The translations under genes and the position numbers were made by a program. A DNA stretch of 46,710 bases from a virus (taxonomy: Duplodnaviria; Caudoviricetes): the IMG/VR virus record IMGVR_UViG_3300047277_000078, positions 1 through 46,710 of that record. The stretch is one strand, 5' to 3'. The notes under the pieces are model-generated. The model saw only the letters and a program-made list of their open reading frames with translations, searched no databases and was not told the origin of the DNA. How positions within the stretch are numbered: position 1 is the stretch's first letter; each line of letters opens with the position of its first letter. Positions 35,983-45,424 of the stretch are shown piece after piece.

Positions 35983-36578
35983 AGAGCTAGAGTACCTATA
36001 ATTAACTGTGTAGCCTTATCAAAAGCTTGTGTTATCAATGGATCACCGTCAACGAATACTTTTTTAGCCATTTGAGATAAACTTGGCCCTAGTAATAAGC
36101 GTAAATGGTTTCTATTCTTACCTATACGTTCAAACATTTGCGCTCCGCCTTTATAACCAAGCCATACATTAGTGTTATATTTTCTATTTCTAGGTACAAA
36201 ACCACCATTACCACTTTTACCTATTACTTTTTTACTACTTTTACGAATTACTGTAGTTGTATGTACAGCACCTGAATTAGTAATAGGTATATGCTCATAG
36301 GTATAAGGAAATTTAGATAAATCAATAGGAGCGTATTCATAAACTAAACATGTAGAGATGAAACTACCTTCTCTATCTACTCTACCTAATGTACTTTTCT
36401 GTAATACTGAAGTAAGTGACCTATTTAAACTATATTTATTAGTAATTGTACTATCTACAGCTTCGTGAATTAACATAGCTGCTGGAACAATACTTTTACT
36501 TATGTTATTAGTAAGTCTTTCAGAGGATAAGCGTTCTTTTAATGCGGCTAATCCTTGTATTTCTAATGTAAGTAACAT
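35979..36578 (-). CDS. Tail completion protein (gpZ-like)
   Basis: Basic protein; GF...MFER.GK.R..L..L.GPS..QM motif. Confidence 0.75.
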   Translation of the reverse strand: MLLTLEIQGLAALKERLSSERLTNNISKSIVPAAMLIHEAVDSTITNKYSLNRSLTSVLQKSTLGRVDREGSFISTCLVYEYAPIDLSKFPYTYEHIPITNSGAVHTTTVIRKSSKKVIGKSGNGGFVPRNRKYNTNVWLGYKGGAQMFERIGKNRNHLRLLLGPSLSQMAKKVFVDGDPLITQAFDKATQLIIGTLAL

Positions 36579-36668
36579 AGATACCTTTATAAAGAAGTTA
36601 CCTTAAATGCTTTAAGGTATATTTAATTTAGATTGCCCTTTCTTTCCAATAAGATAACTTCTTTATAA

Positions 36669-36690
36669 ATGGGGATATTTCTACCCCCAT
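36669..36690 (-). terminator. Hairpin/terminator after the capsid gene
   Basis: ATGGGG-TAGAAATAT-CCCCAT-TTAT. Confidence 0.55.
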
Positions 36691-36697
36691 AAATTCT

Positions 36698-37843
36698 TTA
36701 CATAACTTTCCAACTCACAACAGAATCAATATCAAGTGGAGCCAATACAAAATTAGATTGTAATGTTTGCTCAATTTCGCCTGTTTCAGAATCAGTAGTT
36801 ACATTTACCCAGATAGGCATAGCAGTCCAATTAGCTTTACGGTGCATAATACGCCCATATCTAACAATTTGGTTATTAGAAGGAGGAATACATACAACAC
36901 GACCAGGAACTTCAAATGATTTCTTAGTACCATCTACACGATCTTTATACACAGCACCATACGTGAAAATATCAATAGATTGTTGACCAATCATAACAGT
37001 TCTACGATAGTTCAATGTTTGATACTTCTTATAAATAGGAAGTACGTGCATACTAATACGTTGTTCTACTGCTAGGGTCAGAGTAGCTGCATCTTTATAA
37101 TTAGAATTAATATCAACTTCTAAAGCATCGGCAGCATCTTCACTCATCCAAACAACTTCTACACCTTGACGGCGATTAGCGGTTTGTACCATTTTAACTA
37201 AATCTTTGTATGGTGTAGGGCCGGTAGTCCCACCAGTAGAACCCCAAGCTCGCTTACCAACACCGCCATTACCATTTAATGTGGTTAAATCTACTTCAGG
37301 AATATAACCTTTCAGATAGTCAGCATCAGAAGTAATAACAGTACGGTTAAAATCCCATACTACAGGAGCATGTTTAGTAGAAGTAGCAGTATGTTTACCA
37401 TAGATAAGAATATCTCTAGCAGCTAGTTCCATTAGATTTTCTTTAGTACCTAAAGCTAGCCCTAGTTTTTGATCTAATCTACGTGCATCATTAGCTAGAA
37501 CGTCTACTTGACCGAACTGATCACCCATTTGACGTTGATTTAAAGTAATAAAGTCATCACTTTGTAATGCTTCTTTCCAGTAAGCAAAGCGTAATTCTGA
37601 AGTACCAAAATCAGGAAGCTCAATTTGACCAGCTTTAGCTTTAGGATGAACGTATTGACCCATAATATTACCTTGGTCAAATTCTCTATCTAAATTAATA
37701 GAAGTAAGTTCAGTTGTATCTCTATTACCAAAATGGCTTTGCAACCAATTCTGTCTAATATCTTTATTACCTGGAATAACGCCATCTAGGTATTTACCGA
37801 CATCATACGGAGACATAAAATCTGCGTTAGTTAGTGTACTCAT
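36698..37843 (-). CDS. E: Major capsid protein, lambda gpE family
   Basis: F...D.....I.LD...MGQYVHP; E.MELAA..IL..GK; follows the gpD-like gene. Confidence 0.9.
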   Translation of the reverse strand: MSTLTNADFMSPYDVGKYLDGVIPGNKDIRQNWLQSHFGNRDTTELTSINLDREFDQGNIMGQYVHPKAKAGQIELPDFGTSELRFAYWKEALQSDDFITLNQRQMGDQFGQVDVLANDARRLDQKLGLALGTKENLMELAARDILIYGKHTATSTKHAPVVWDFNRTVITSDADYLKGYIPEVDLTTLNGNGGVGKRAWGSTGGTTGPTPYKDLVKMVQTANRRQGVEVVWMSEDAADALEVDINSNYKDAATLTLAVEQRISMHVLPIYKKYQTLNYRRTVMIGQQSIDIFTYGAVYKDRVDGTKKSFEVPGRVVCIPPSNNQIVRYGRIMHRKANWTAMPIWVNVTTDSETGEIEQTLQSNFVLAPLDIDSVVSWKVM

Positions 37844-38697
37844 TATAGTCTATCTCCAATACCTACGAAACCAAGTTCAAATTCTGTATTTTCTACAAAT
37901 TTCTTTTTCAATAAATGTGATGCAGCGGATGTACCTGAACAACCTGTATTATATGCTGTTACAGGTACTGCTACGCCTGTTGCTGAAATAATAGTATCAG
38001 TTAATGTACTTACTTTCCATAGTAAAGCCACTGAACCATCGTCATCCCCCCAGAAAGACGCTTCAGTATATACTTCTGCGATTACATCACCAGCAGTAGC
38101 GTCTACATCATACATAGTAATACCAGCAATATAGTTTAGAGGTGCTGTACTAGCTACAATAGTCACAGTAGGTGCAGAACCAGTTCCCGTAACTGCCACG
38201 TCAGTAGAGTTACCAGAAATAGTTGCATTAAATAGTACTGAGGTTGCTGTAGTACCAGAAATGGTATTATAGCCAGCCAAAGTACCAGAAGTAAAAGTAC
38301 CTCCGTTAATAGCATTAGTAACACCTGTAAGTGCTGCATAGCCTGTGCCAGCAGAAATACCTAAACCATTATTAGACCAAGCTAATGCTAGTTGAGTTGG
38401 TGTAGTACCAGATGCCCCTGACGCAAAAACTAAACCACCCATAATGATAGTTTGACCAGAAGTAAGCGCCGCACTAAAAACTACTTGAGCAGATTCTACT
38501 AATCCTGAATGAGCAATAAGTTTACCTGTATTATCACTCTCTAAAAAAGTATAGGCTTTTAATACTTGTCCTTGTTTAATAGTTCCTGGCTGCGATTCAG
38601 TACATTCACGACCATAAAAAATCTTTTTAGTTACTCGATTAGGATAATTATTCCAACCACCAGCTACTGCACCATCTAATTCATTTCTAGCTGTCAT
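37843..38697 (-). CDS. D: Head decoration protein (gpD-like) with an inserted domain
   Basis: TIK.GQVLK...L...GK.....(insert)...AGI..YDVDATAGDV.A.VY....F...L.W. Confidence 0.8.
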   Translation of the reverse strand: MTARNELDGAVAGGWNNYPNRVTKKIFYGRECTESQPGTIKQGQVLKAYTFLESDNTGKLIAHSGLVESAQVVFSAALTSGQTIIMGGLVFASGASGTTPTQLALAWSNNGLGISAGTGYAALTGVTNAINGGTFTSGTLAGYNTISGTTATSVLFNATISGNSTDVAVTGTGSAPTVTIVASTAPLNYIAGITMYDVDATAGDVIAEVYTEASFWGDDDGSVALLWKVSTLTDTIISATGVAVPVTAYNTGCSGTSAASHLLKKKFVENTEFELGFVGIGDRL

Positions 38698-39086
38698 TAT
38701 AACAATCCTTTACTTGGGTTAGCTACGCCAGCCGCTTTCATATCTAATAATGTTTGCATAGCTGATTTAGCACTAGAGGGAAAGTCAGAAGCAGATACTG
38801 TAGAAGTAATTGCAGATACTGCAACATCTACATGACTAGCAATTTGACTATGTTCTTTAATAGTTTCAAAGGCGGATACTGCCATATCTACATTAGCACC
38901 TAACTTAATAAAGTTTACTGCTGCTGTTAGTGGTGTACCAAAAGTAGTAGATGCTTCAATAATGCCTAAGATTCTACCTTGTTCTGACATCTTGGCTTTA
39001 GCTTCTGCTAATCCCATTTCTGCCTTAGCTTTTGTTAATTCAGCACCGAGCTTAATAACTTCGGCCTGTAAGTCTTCTACATTCAT
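38697..39086 (-). CDS. Nested in-frame scaffold protein (Nu3-like), MNVEDLQ...
   Basis: Internal ATG preceded by AAAAGGG after a low-complexity linker; E..RI.GI motif; matches the lambda C/Nu3 arrangement. Confidence 0.6.
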   Translation of the reverse strand: MNVEDLQAEVIKLGAELTKAKAEMGLAEAKAKMSEQGRILGIIEASTTFGTPLTAAVNFIKLGANVDMAVSAFETIKEHSQIASHVDVAVSAITSTVSASDFPSSAKSAMQTLLDMKAAGVANPSKGLL

Positions 39087-39959
39087 ATTAAACCCTTTTT
39101 GTTGTGTTGATGAAACTGTTGTAAGTATATCTTTCTTAGTAACCGGAATTAAAATATCATTTACAGAAGAAATTATACCATCTATAAGATTAAGAGCTAG
39201 AGCTTCTTCTCCTAATACTGTGTTACCTTTTAAATTAAGAATACTTTCAATACTTAATAATGGTCTGAACTTATTAATAGTTTCATTCATTATAGTATCT
39301 AATGTACCTAACATTTTTACTTTATCTGCTAGACCTTCGGCAGTAATACCTTCATGTGGATTCCCTATAGCTTTTTCTGACTTACTTCTAATAATAGTAT
39401 AAGTTAATCCGGCTTTAGTATCGGCAGCAGTAGCATCTACTAGAGTCATGATAACTCCCATAGAACCAATGATAGAAGAAGTTGTAGCATAGACTTTTTG
39501 TGCGGCAGAAGCTAATACATAAGCAGCAGAAGTAGCCATACCATCTGTAACAGCTATAGTTTCAATACCATGTTTAGAGGGTAATTCTGCTATAAATTCA
39601 GCTAGACCAAATAAACCAGATACTTCTCCGCCTGGGGAATCTATGTAGAATACTAACTTAGTAGCGCCAGCTTCTATAGATGAAATTACTTGTCGTGTTA
39701 TAGCTTCATAAGAGGTAGAGCCAGAATCTCCGCCACCATTTTTAGATACAAGCGAATCAAATACTCTAATTACAGAAGTATTAGACGAAGCTATTGTAGT
39801 ATCTCTATTAGAAATTACTGAATCATTATTAACTAAAGATTCTATTTTCTCTCCTGCTAAAATTTTCAAAGTAATATTAGAAGATAAAATATCTAATTTA
39901 CATTGTGAGATAGCAAGAGGTGTATTCAATAATCTTGTTAAAACTCTAGGATAACCCAT
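38697..39959 (-). CDS. C: S49 capsid maturation protease with C-terminal scaffold
   Basis: IDSPGGEVSG, ATSAAY.LASAA, GSMGV, A.ALNLID.I. Confidence 0.93.
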   Translation of the reverse strand: MGYPRVLTRLLNTPLAISQCKLDILSSNITLKILAGEKIESLVNNDSVISNRDTTIASSNTSVIRVFDSLVSKNGGGDSGSTSYEAITRQVISSIEAGATKLVFYIDSPGGEVSGLFGLAEFIAELPSKHGIETIAVTDGMATSAAYVLASAAQKVYATTSSIIGSMGVIMTLVDATAADTKAGLTYTIIRSKSEKAIGNPHEGITAEGLADKVKMLGTLDTIMNETINKFRPLLSIESILNLKGNTVLGEEALALNLIDGIISSVNDILIPVTKKDILTTVSSTQQKGFNMNVEDLQAEVIKLGAELTKAKAEMGLAEAKAKMSEQGRILGIIEASTTFGTPLTAAVNFIKLGANVDMAVSAFETIKEHSQIASHVDVAVSAITSTVSASDFPSSAKSAMQTLLDMKAAGVANPSKGLL

Positions 39960-39981
39960 TAATTACTCCAATTTTTCTTAC

Positions 39982-40011
39982 ATGCTACCATAAGTTATTT
40001 ATATGTGTCAA
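39982..40011 (-). promoter_or_regulatory. sigma70-type promoter upstream of the protease-decoration-capsid genes (TTGACA-18-TAGCAT, extended -10 TG)
   Basis: Perfect -35 box in the intergenic gap. Confidence 0.6.
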
Positions 40012-40039
40012 CTATATATATTATAATAGTTTAATTTAA

Positions 40040-41515
40040 TTACATACTTGTTGTTTGTGTACTAGCCTGAGTATTTTTAGCCTGACTCATAGAAGGATTA
40101 CTAGCACCAGTGTTAATAAATATACCAAATTCTTCTAAACTTTTTACTGTAGCTCTATCTGCTATAATATCTTCTGGTGTATGTCCTCTTTCGGCTAAAG
40201 CACCTTCATAAGTTTGTAATCCATTTTGAATACCCAATACATCTGCTTGCATATCTTTTAAATCATCTACACCTCTCCAGCGTGGTAATTGAAAATATGG
40301 TTTAGCATTACTTACTTTTCCATTATATAATACAGCTAAGTCTTTAAATGCTTTTGCAATAGGTCTTTCTCGTAAAGGTATAAATAGAAAGTTATGTAGA
40401 TATTCTAATCTATTACGACTTAATATAGATAAACCTACTAAAGAACTAAAATTTAAACTAGCAGTATCCCCATTTAATTCATGTAACATTAAATCACAGA
40501 CAGAAGCGATCTTACGTAATTCCATAATAACCAAAGGTTGAAAGTTAGCGCCAATATCCCCACCCTGAAACCACTTAACACTTTCACCTTTATTAACATA
40601 CTGTACTCCTGTACTTCTATTTTGTAGAATTAACTTATCTTCTCCTGGTATACCATCATTTCTATAGACTGGTGCGCCTACTGGTAGCATATTAGCTGCA
40701 TTATTAGCATTTTCAACTACCATAGCAATAGCCTGTGCTGCTTTCTGCTTAGATACTGTAGCATCAATTAATTCATCTAATTCATACAAGGATAATAAGA
40801 CTGATGAAAGTAATGGTGTACCAAGCCATTGCCCAGGTTCATCACGAATAAACGTATGTACTAATTCATCGGCAGGTACAGTTATTAATATACCTGTTTT
40901 TAATCCATCAATCGTTTGTTCAGGTATACTTTTCCTAAAATAGTATTCTGCTGGTACGGAATCGATAAACATCATCCCATAACGTACTACACTATTAGGT
41001 AAATTTACATTTATAGATTTAGATTGTCCTATTGCATGAAGTTGTGCTGGGATAAGTTGTAATTTTAACGGTACTACATTAGAATTTCCAGTTCTCTTAA
41101 TTACTTTTCGTATATAAGAGTTACCATTAAGAAATATAGAGGAATTAGATACTCCTTGCATTACATTATAATCACCAAATCCATCTAAGTTAGGATTTAA
41201 ACAGAACTCATCCCACAGCTCTTGCATTATTTTATGACTTTTACCTTTATCATCTTTCCATAATATAGTTATAGCATTAGCATTAGTTACCCATTTTTTA
41301 TGTGCAATTTTAGCATAACCATTATTACGTACTGCGTGTGCTGATCTAAGTTGTAGATATTGTATTTCTCTAGCGGCTAATTGATCTGGCTCACCTTTAA
41401 GTAACCCTTTTAAGCCATTTTTAAAGTTAGTGGATGCTCCTTCAAACGCTTTAGCTTGATTTATAGGCCCATAAATATAATTAGGGTAATTACGTTCTTC
41501 TATAGTATCTGCCAT
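40040..41515 (-). CDS. B: Portal protein, lambda gpB family
   Basis: L..RS...VRNNGYA; PLKLQLI; VPADE..H.F....PGQ..G.P; P.W..VD.LKD. Confidence 0.93.
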   Translation of the reverse strand: MADTIEERNYPNYIYGPINQAKAFEGASTNFKNGLKGLLKGEPDQLAAREIQYLQLRSAHAVRNNGYAKIAHKKWVTNANAITILWKDDKGKSHKIMQELWDEFCLNPNLDGFGDYNVMQGVSNSSIFLNGNSYIRKVIKRTGNSNVVPLKLQLIPAQLHAIGQSKSINVNLPNSVVRYGMMFIDSVPAEYYFRKSIPEQTIDGLKTGILITVPADELVHTFIRDEPGQWLGTPLLSSVLLSLYELDELIDATVSKQKAAQAIAMVVENANNAANMLPVGAPVYRNDGIPGEDKLILQNRSTGVQYVNKGESVKWFQGGDIGANFQPLVIMELRKIASVCDLMLHELNGDTASLNFSSLVGLSILSRNRLEYLHNFLFIPLRERPIAKAFKDLAVLYNGKVSNAKPYFQLPRWRGVDDLKDMQADVLGIQNGLQTYEGALAERGHTPEDIIADRATVKSLEEFGIFINTGASNPSMSQAKNTQASTQTTSM

Positions 41516-41787
41516 TAGTAGTTACCTTTCTCTACAATAATAGGAATGTTAGCATTAAGTCTAAATATAGGCTTAACGTCTGGTTGTAATGTATTTATAA
41601 TAGAACGTAATTCATTACGTAAAACTGTAAGATTATCTATAGTTATCTCGCTATATTTATATCTTCTTTGTGTAGCACCTGTACCAATATTAAGTTCTGC
41701 TATTCTTTTACCAGCTATTAAATCAGATATAGCTATATTTACAGTAACTAATTGAGCCGAAGCCTCTTGTAGTGTCATGGCTGTCAT
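41515..41787 (-). CDS. W: Head completion protein (gpW-like)
   Basis: AI..L..GK.........R...Y....I..L...R..L; between terL and portal. Confidence 0.8.
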   Translation of the reverse strand: MTAMTLQEASAQLVTVNIAISDLIAGKRIAELNIGTGATQRRYKYSEITIDNLTVLRNELRSIINTLQPDVKPIFRLNANIPIIVEKGNY

Positions 41788-41802
41788 TATAATTCCTAAC
41801 TG

Positions 41803-43746
41803 TTATTTATCATATAAATAATCTTCTACAGCCTTCCATTGGGAATGGGTGTAGTTACGTATTCCTATAGCATAAGCACTATGTAAAGCATTTTTCTCAC
41901 TATCAATACTTTCTTTTCTAGCCCCAGGTTTTAACTTATATATACTTTTATTATACCCGGAATTAACATCAATTAATTTTCTACAGCTAGTCATTTGTTC
42001 TTCATAATTACCGTATGATTGTTCATTAAAGTAATATATATTTGACCTAGCATCTTTATTTTTATTTAGTAATACTCTATTAAGTATTTCTGTGTGTGCT
42101 ACGTGCGCCCCAAGTGGAAAGATAGCTACTCCCATTGTTTCAGCTAAGGTTTTTCTACTTTGCGTATCACTATCTACATCAAACATAGTAGGTATTCTAT
42201 ATATACCATCATCAGAAAAGCGTAAATCTCTGGTACCTTTTGTAGCTAATATATGTGGGTTATACTTTTGCATAGCTAGTACCCATTTATATACTAATTC
42301 TGTGTTATCGCCCGAATCAATAGATATAGCTGAAATCTTTAACAATTTTCCTGACGCATGGGGTATATTTGAATGAACTAATTTATCTGCTAGCTCACCC
42401 CATATACCATTAAAATCTCCATTAGTACCATACTCTTGTACTTTAACCTCACCAAATATTTCATACCAACTTACTAACCAAGAGTTATTATTTCTACCCC
42501 AAGCTCTAATTATAACAGCAAATCTATTATCTTGTACATCTATTCCAGCCGTTAATACTAATCCTTCCATAGGTACTATGTGTTCTGGGTAATTACTTCT
42601 TAGAATTTTCATTTCCTCTGCTTCTAGTGAAGTAATACCAGATGAATATGTTTTACCCATATTATTATTAGTAAAACTTTTCATTTTACCTTCATTACCT
42701 TTCTCTAAATCTAATTGCGCTAGTATTCTTTTCTTACTTAATTCATAGTAAGAGGACGCATCAAAAGAACTTAGTAGTTCGTTAAAGGAAAACCCATATA
42801 TTTCATCTATTTCAGGCTTTTGTGGGTGCCAACCTTTATTACCATGTTGCATTCCAGCAACTATATTACTTTTCTTCTGTTCCATAGTCCAAGGAGTTTC
42901 ACATAAAGGACATATATAATAAGAAGATTTAGGATTCTTTTTACCGTAAATTTCATCTATTAGTCTATTTGGGTAATCATCTTCATATAAATTATCAAAG
43001 GATAGTTCATGTAGTCCTTTACAATTATGGCATTCAGCTTTAAATACCATTTGATTTGACTTTTTATAGGCATCCTCTACTTTTGATAGATCAGAGTCTG
43101 TTGGTGTACCACCAAAAATTAACTTCTTTCTGCGTCTAGGGATAGTTTTCTGCCGTTCCATTATAATATCTAAACTATCTCCTTGTCCGTTTACGTCACC
43201 TTTTAAATCATCTGGTTCTTCTATAATAATTCTAGGTATAGAGGATGATTTCATTTCACTTACTGAACCCGCCGTAATAAGTTTTAGAAAACCATTAGGG
43301 AATTCAAAATAGTTAAAACTTTCTTTAGCTACTTTAAGATTAATTATATCTTTTAATACTTTAGTTCCTGTAAAGAATGGCTTAATCTTTTCTCTACTAT
43401 AGTTTCTTGCAGAAGCTAATCTTGGAAAAGCCATAATTATTTTAGATGGGTTATTATGTATCCAACATCCTAGTGCGTTATTAGTAGCCTCGGAAAATCC
43501 AACCTGTGCGCTCTTAATACTTACAATAACTGGTATATCAGGGTTATCAAAGCAATCATACATAAATTCCATGTAAGGTGTTTTAGCATTAGAGAACTTT
43601 CCTACCATAGAGGATTCTAAACTGGTCATTATACGGTATGTTTCCGCCCATTCTAGTATTCCCATACGTTTAGGTTGTTTAAAGATAGAAAGTAACTCAC
43701 CATATAAGTTACGTTCAGATATATTATCTAATTGTTTATCATTCAT
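41803..43746 (-). CDS. terL: Terminase large subunit, GpA family
   Basis: TPY; KSAQVG.SE; GTPT; CxxC...CxxC; LTAGIDVQ; IDSG; KG. Confidence 0.96.
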   Translation of the reverse strand: MNDKQLDNISERNLYGELLSIFKQPKRMGILEWAETYRIMTSLESSMVGKFSNAKTPYMEFMYDCFDNPDIPVIVSIKSAQVGFSEATNNALGCWIHNNPSKIIMAFPRLASARNYSREKIKPFFTGTKVLKDIINLKVAKESFNYFEFPNGFLKLITAGSVSEMKSSSIPRIIIEEPDDLKGDVNGQGDSLDIIMERQKTIPRRRKKLIFGGTPTDSDLSKVEDAYKKSNQMVFKAECHNCKGLHELSFDNLYEDDYPNRLIDEIYGKKNPKSSYYICPLCETPWTMEQKKSNIVAGMQHGNKGWHPQKPEIDEIYGFSFNELLSSFDASSYYELSKKRILAQLDLEKGNEGKMKSFTNNNMGKTYSSGITSLEAEEMKILRSNYPEHIVPMEGLVLTAGIDVQDNRFAVIIRAWGRNNNSWLVSWYEIFGEVKVQEYGTNGDFNGIWGELADKLVHSNIPHASGKLLKISAISIDSGDNTELVYKWVLAMQKYNPHILATKGTRDLRFSDDGIYRIPTMFDVDSDTQSRKTLAETMGVAIFPLGAHVAHTEILNRVLLNKNKDARSNIYYFNEQSYGNYEEQMTSCRKLIDVNSGYNKSIYKLKPGARKESIDSEKNALHSAYAIGIRNYTHSQWKAVEDYLYDK

Positions 43747-43797
43747 AATGTTTTCTATCTGCTTTATGCTGAAGCTACCCTAGTTAGTAACAAAACT

Positions 43798-44493
43798 TTA
43801 TAGCCCTAAACCACTTCTAATAGCGTCTTTATCTAATTCGGTATTCATAGCTATTTCAACTACATTTAACCTATCTTCTTGGGCTTGTTCAACAATAGCA
43901 GTACCGAGATTAAATAAACTTTCCATACTTTGATCTAACTGTTCTTGTATCTCAGGATTATCTGATGCCAGATCAACTAAGTTATTTTTAATTGCTTGAA
44001 CGAAAGGTGTTAGTATATTTAACATTTCAGTTGTTTTTATATATTCATTTCTTTCAATAGCTAGTTTCTGATGTATTTGGCGTTCCTTTACTACATTTAA
44101 CTTTATATCCTGCATAAGTTTTAAGCTAACCAATGGGTGCATACCATCTCCTTCATCTTCCCCACCAAAACTACGCTTATTAACTTTATTTCTTGCTTCT
44201 TCTGCTTTAATTAGCTCTCTATCTATTCTTAATTTATTAGCTTCCTCTAATTTAATTAATTTTAGCTCTTGCCCATTTTGTTCTTTAAGTAGTTTTACAT
44301 CCACTGATTTTTTAAAGTAAGCTAAGTAAGTTTGAATACATTCTCTATAAGTAGAATCTACTAAAGATATAGGTAGCCTACCTGACTGACTTTCTTGATA
44401 TAGTAGTGATACATTTACACCAAAGATACTAGCTAGTATCGCTGGGCTTACTTTACCGTCTAAGTCTATAATTTGTGATACTATTAAGTTCAT
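43798..44493 (-). CDS. terS: Terminase small subunit (Nu1-like)
   Basis: N-terminal wHTH (LA.IFGV.V..L.Q....G.LP) plus coiled coil; upstream of terL. Confidence 0.8.
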   Translation of the reverse strand: MNLIVSQIIDLDGKVSPAILASIFGVNVSLLYQESQSGRLPISLVDSTYRECIQTYLAYFKKSVDVKLLKEQNGQELKLIKLEEANKLRIDRELIKAEEARNKVNKRSFGGEDEGDGMHPLVSLKLMQDIKLNVVKERQIHQKLAIERNEYIKTTEMLNILTPFVQAIKNNLVDLASDNPEIQEQLDQSMESLFNLGTAIVEQAQEDRLNVVEIAMNTELDKDAIRSGLGL

Positions 44494-44528
44494 GATACTC
44501 CTATACCTTTAAAGGCTTATATTTATAT

Positions 44529-44557
44529 TTGCATAATGGATATTTATGGCTTATACT
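44529..44557 (+). promoter_or_regulatory. sigma70-type promoter (TTGCAT-17-TATACT)
   Basis: Near-consensus boxes upstream of the plus-strand mini-operon. Confidence 0.6.
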
Positions 44558-44608
44558 ATATAGAATTGTAACATTACTTTTTATACAAAGCAAATAAATA
44601 GTAATTTT

Positions 44609-44872
44609 TTGGATATATCTATGACAGAAACTACGTATTCTACTATATGCTTAGAGAAAGCTGCTAAATTTTCTGATTGTCCTCGCTTCAACACACAAGT
44701 TTTAATAGAAGATGATATATTACGAATAGCTAAATTAGCGGTTATATTAGCTAAAGAAGAAAACGAGAGGGAACTTGGTAGACTTACCAAGAAAGGTTTT
44801 TTATGGTTACTTGGGTCTATTGCTATGGCAACTTATACATGGTTGCTCGCTAACGGTTTTATTAAGCTATAA
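44609..44872 (+). CDS. Small protein with a C-terminal TM helix
   Basis: GFLWLLGSIAMATYTWLLANG; the true start may be the ATG at 44621. Confidence 0.7.
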   Translation: MDISMTETTYSTICLEKAAKFSDCPRFNTQVLIEDDILRIAKLAVILAKEENERELGRLTKKGFLWLLGSIAMATYTWLLANGFIKL

Positions 44873-44884
44873 CGCTATATATAT

Positions 44885-45307
44885 ATGAATAGATTACTGC
44901 TAATATTACTTTTTAATTACTCTACAACAATTCTTGCCTCATCGCATATACGAACTACAGACGTTTACTCTATATGTAATACTAAAACTTCTACAATTAG
45001 AAATGTAAGTGCGATACTTAAAAAAGCCGTATATAAACGTGATGGAGTTATTTTTACCTCTGGTAGTGGCTTATATGAAGTAGATCATAGAGTAGCTTTA
45101 ACAGATGGTGGGTCTAATGATATTACTAATCTAATGATTCAACCCTTTTTTGGTAAATGTAATGCTCATGATAAAGATAAATTAGAAGTTAAGTTACATA
45201 CTTTAATCTGTAAGGGTAAAATTGACGTAATATTTGCTCAAGAGTTACTTTATAATAATTGGATAAAAGGATATAAGTTATATGTTGATCCAAAAGGTTG
45301 TAACTAA
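44885..45307 (+). CDS. HNH-type nuclease with a signal peptide
   Basis: MNRLLLILLF...ILA; YEVDHRVAL.DGGSND..NL..QP; KD.LE..LH..IC.G. Confidence 0.8.
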   Translation: MNRLLLILLFNYSTTILASSHIRTTDVYSICNTKTSTIRNVSAILKKAVYKRDGVIFTSGSGLYEVDHRVALTDGGSNDITNLMIQPFFGKCNAHDKDKLEVKLHTLICKGKIDVIFAQELLYNNWIKGYKLYVDPKGCN

Positions 45308-45398
45308 ATGTATTAAGCAATGTAAGTTAGATAAAGATAAAGTATGTATTGGTTGTGGTAGACATATTGAAGAAATTAAACGTAGCTTTAGTAAATAA
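45282..45398 (+). CDS. DUF1289-like small Cys4 protein (38 aa; not in the ORF track)
   Basis: MLIQKVVTKCIKQCKLDKDKVCIGCGRHIEEIKRSFSK matches C-x3-C-x-LD...C-x-GC-x-R-x2-EEI. Confidence 0.7.
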   Translation: MLIQKVVTKCIKQCKLDKDKVCIGCGRHIEEIKRSFSK

Positions 45399-45424
45399 AT
45401 TTTAAAGCTACTATTTATTATTAA

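Noticed and set aside
5180-42376. Numerous plus-strand ORFs (e.g. 5180-5776, 8329-8673, 20105-20440, 34197-34646, 38962-39402)
   Set aside because: Antisense shadows of well-supported minus-strand structural genes.
44581-44790. 69-aa minus-strand ORF
   Set aside because: Antisense to the better-supported 44609-44872 gene, which has a promoter.
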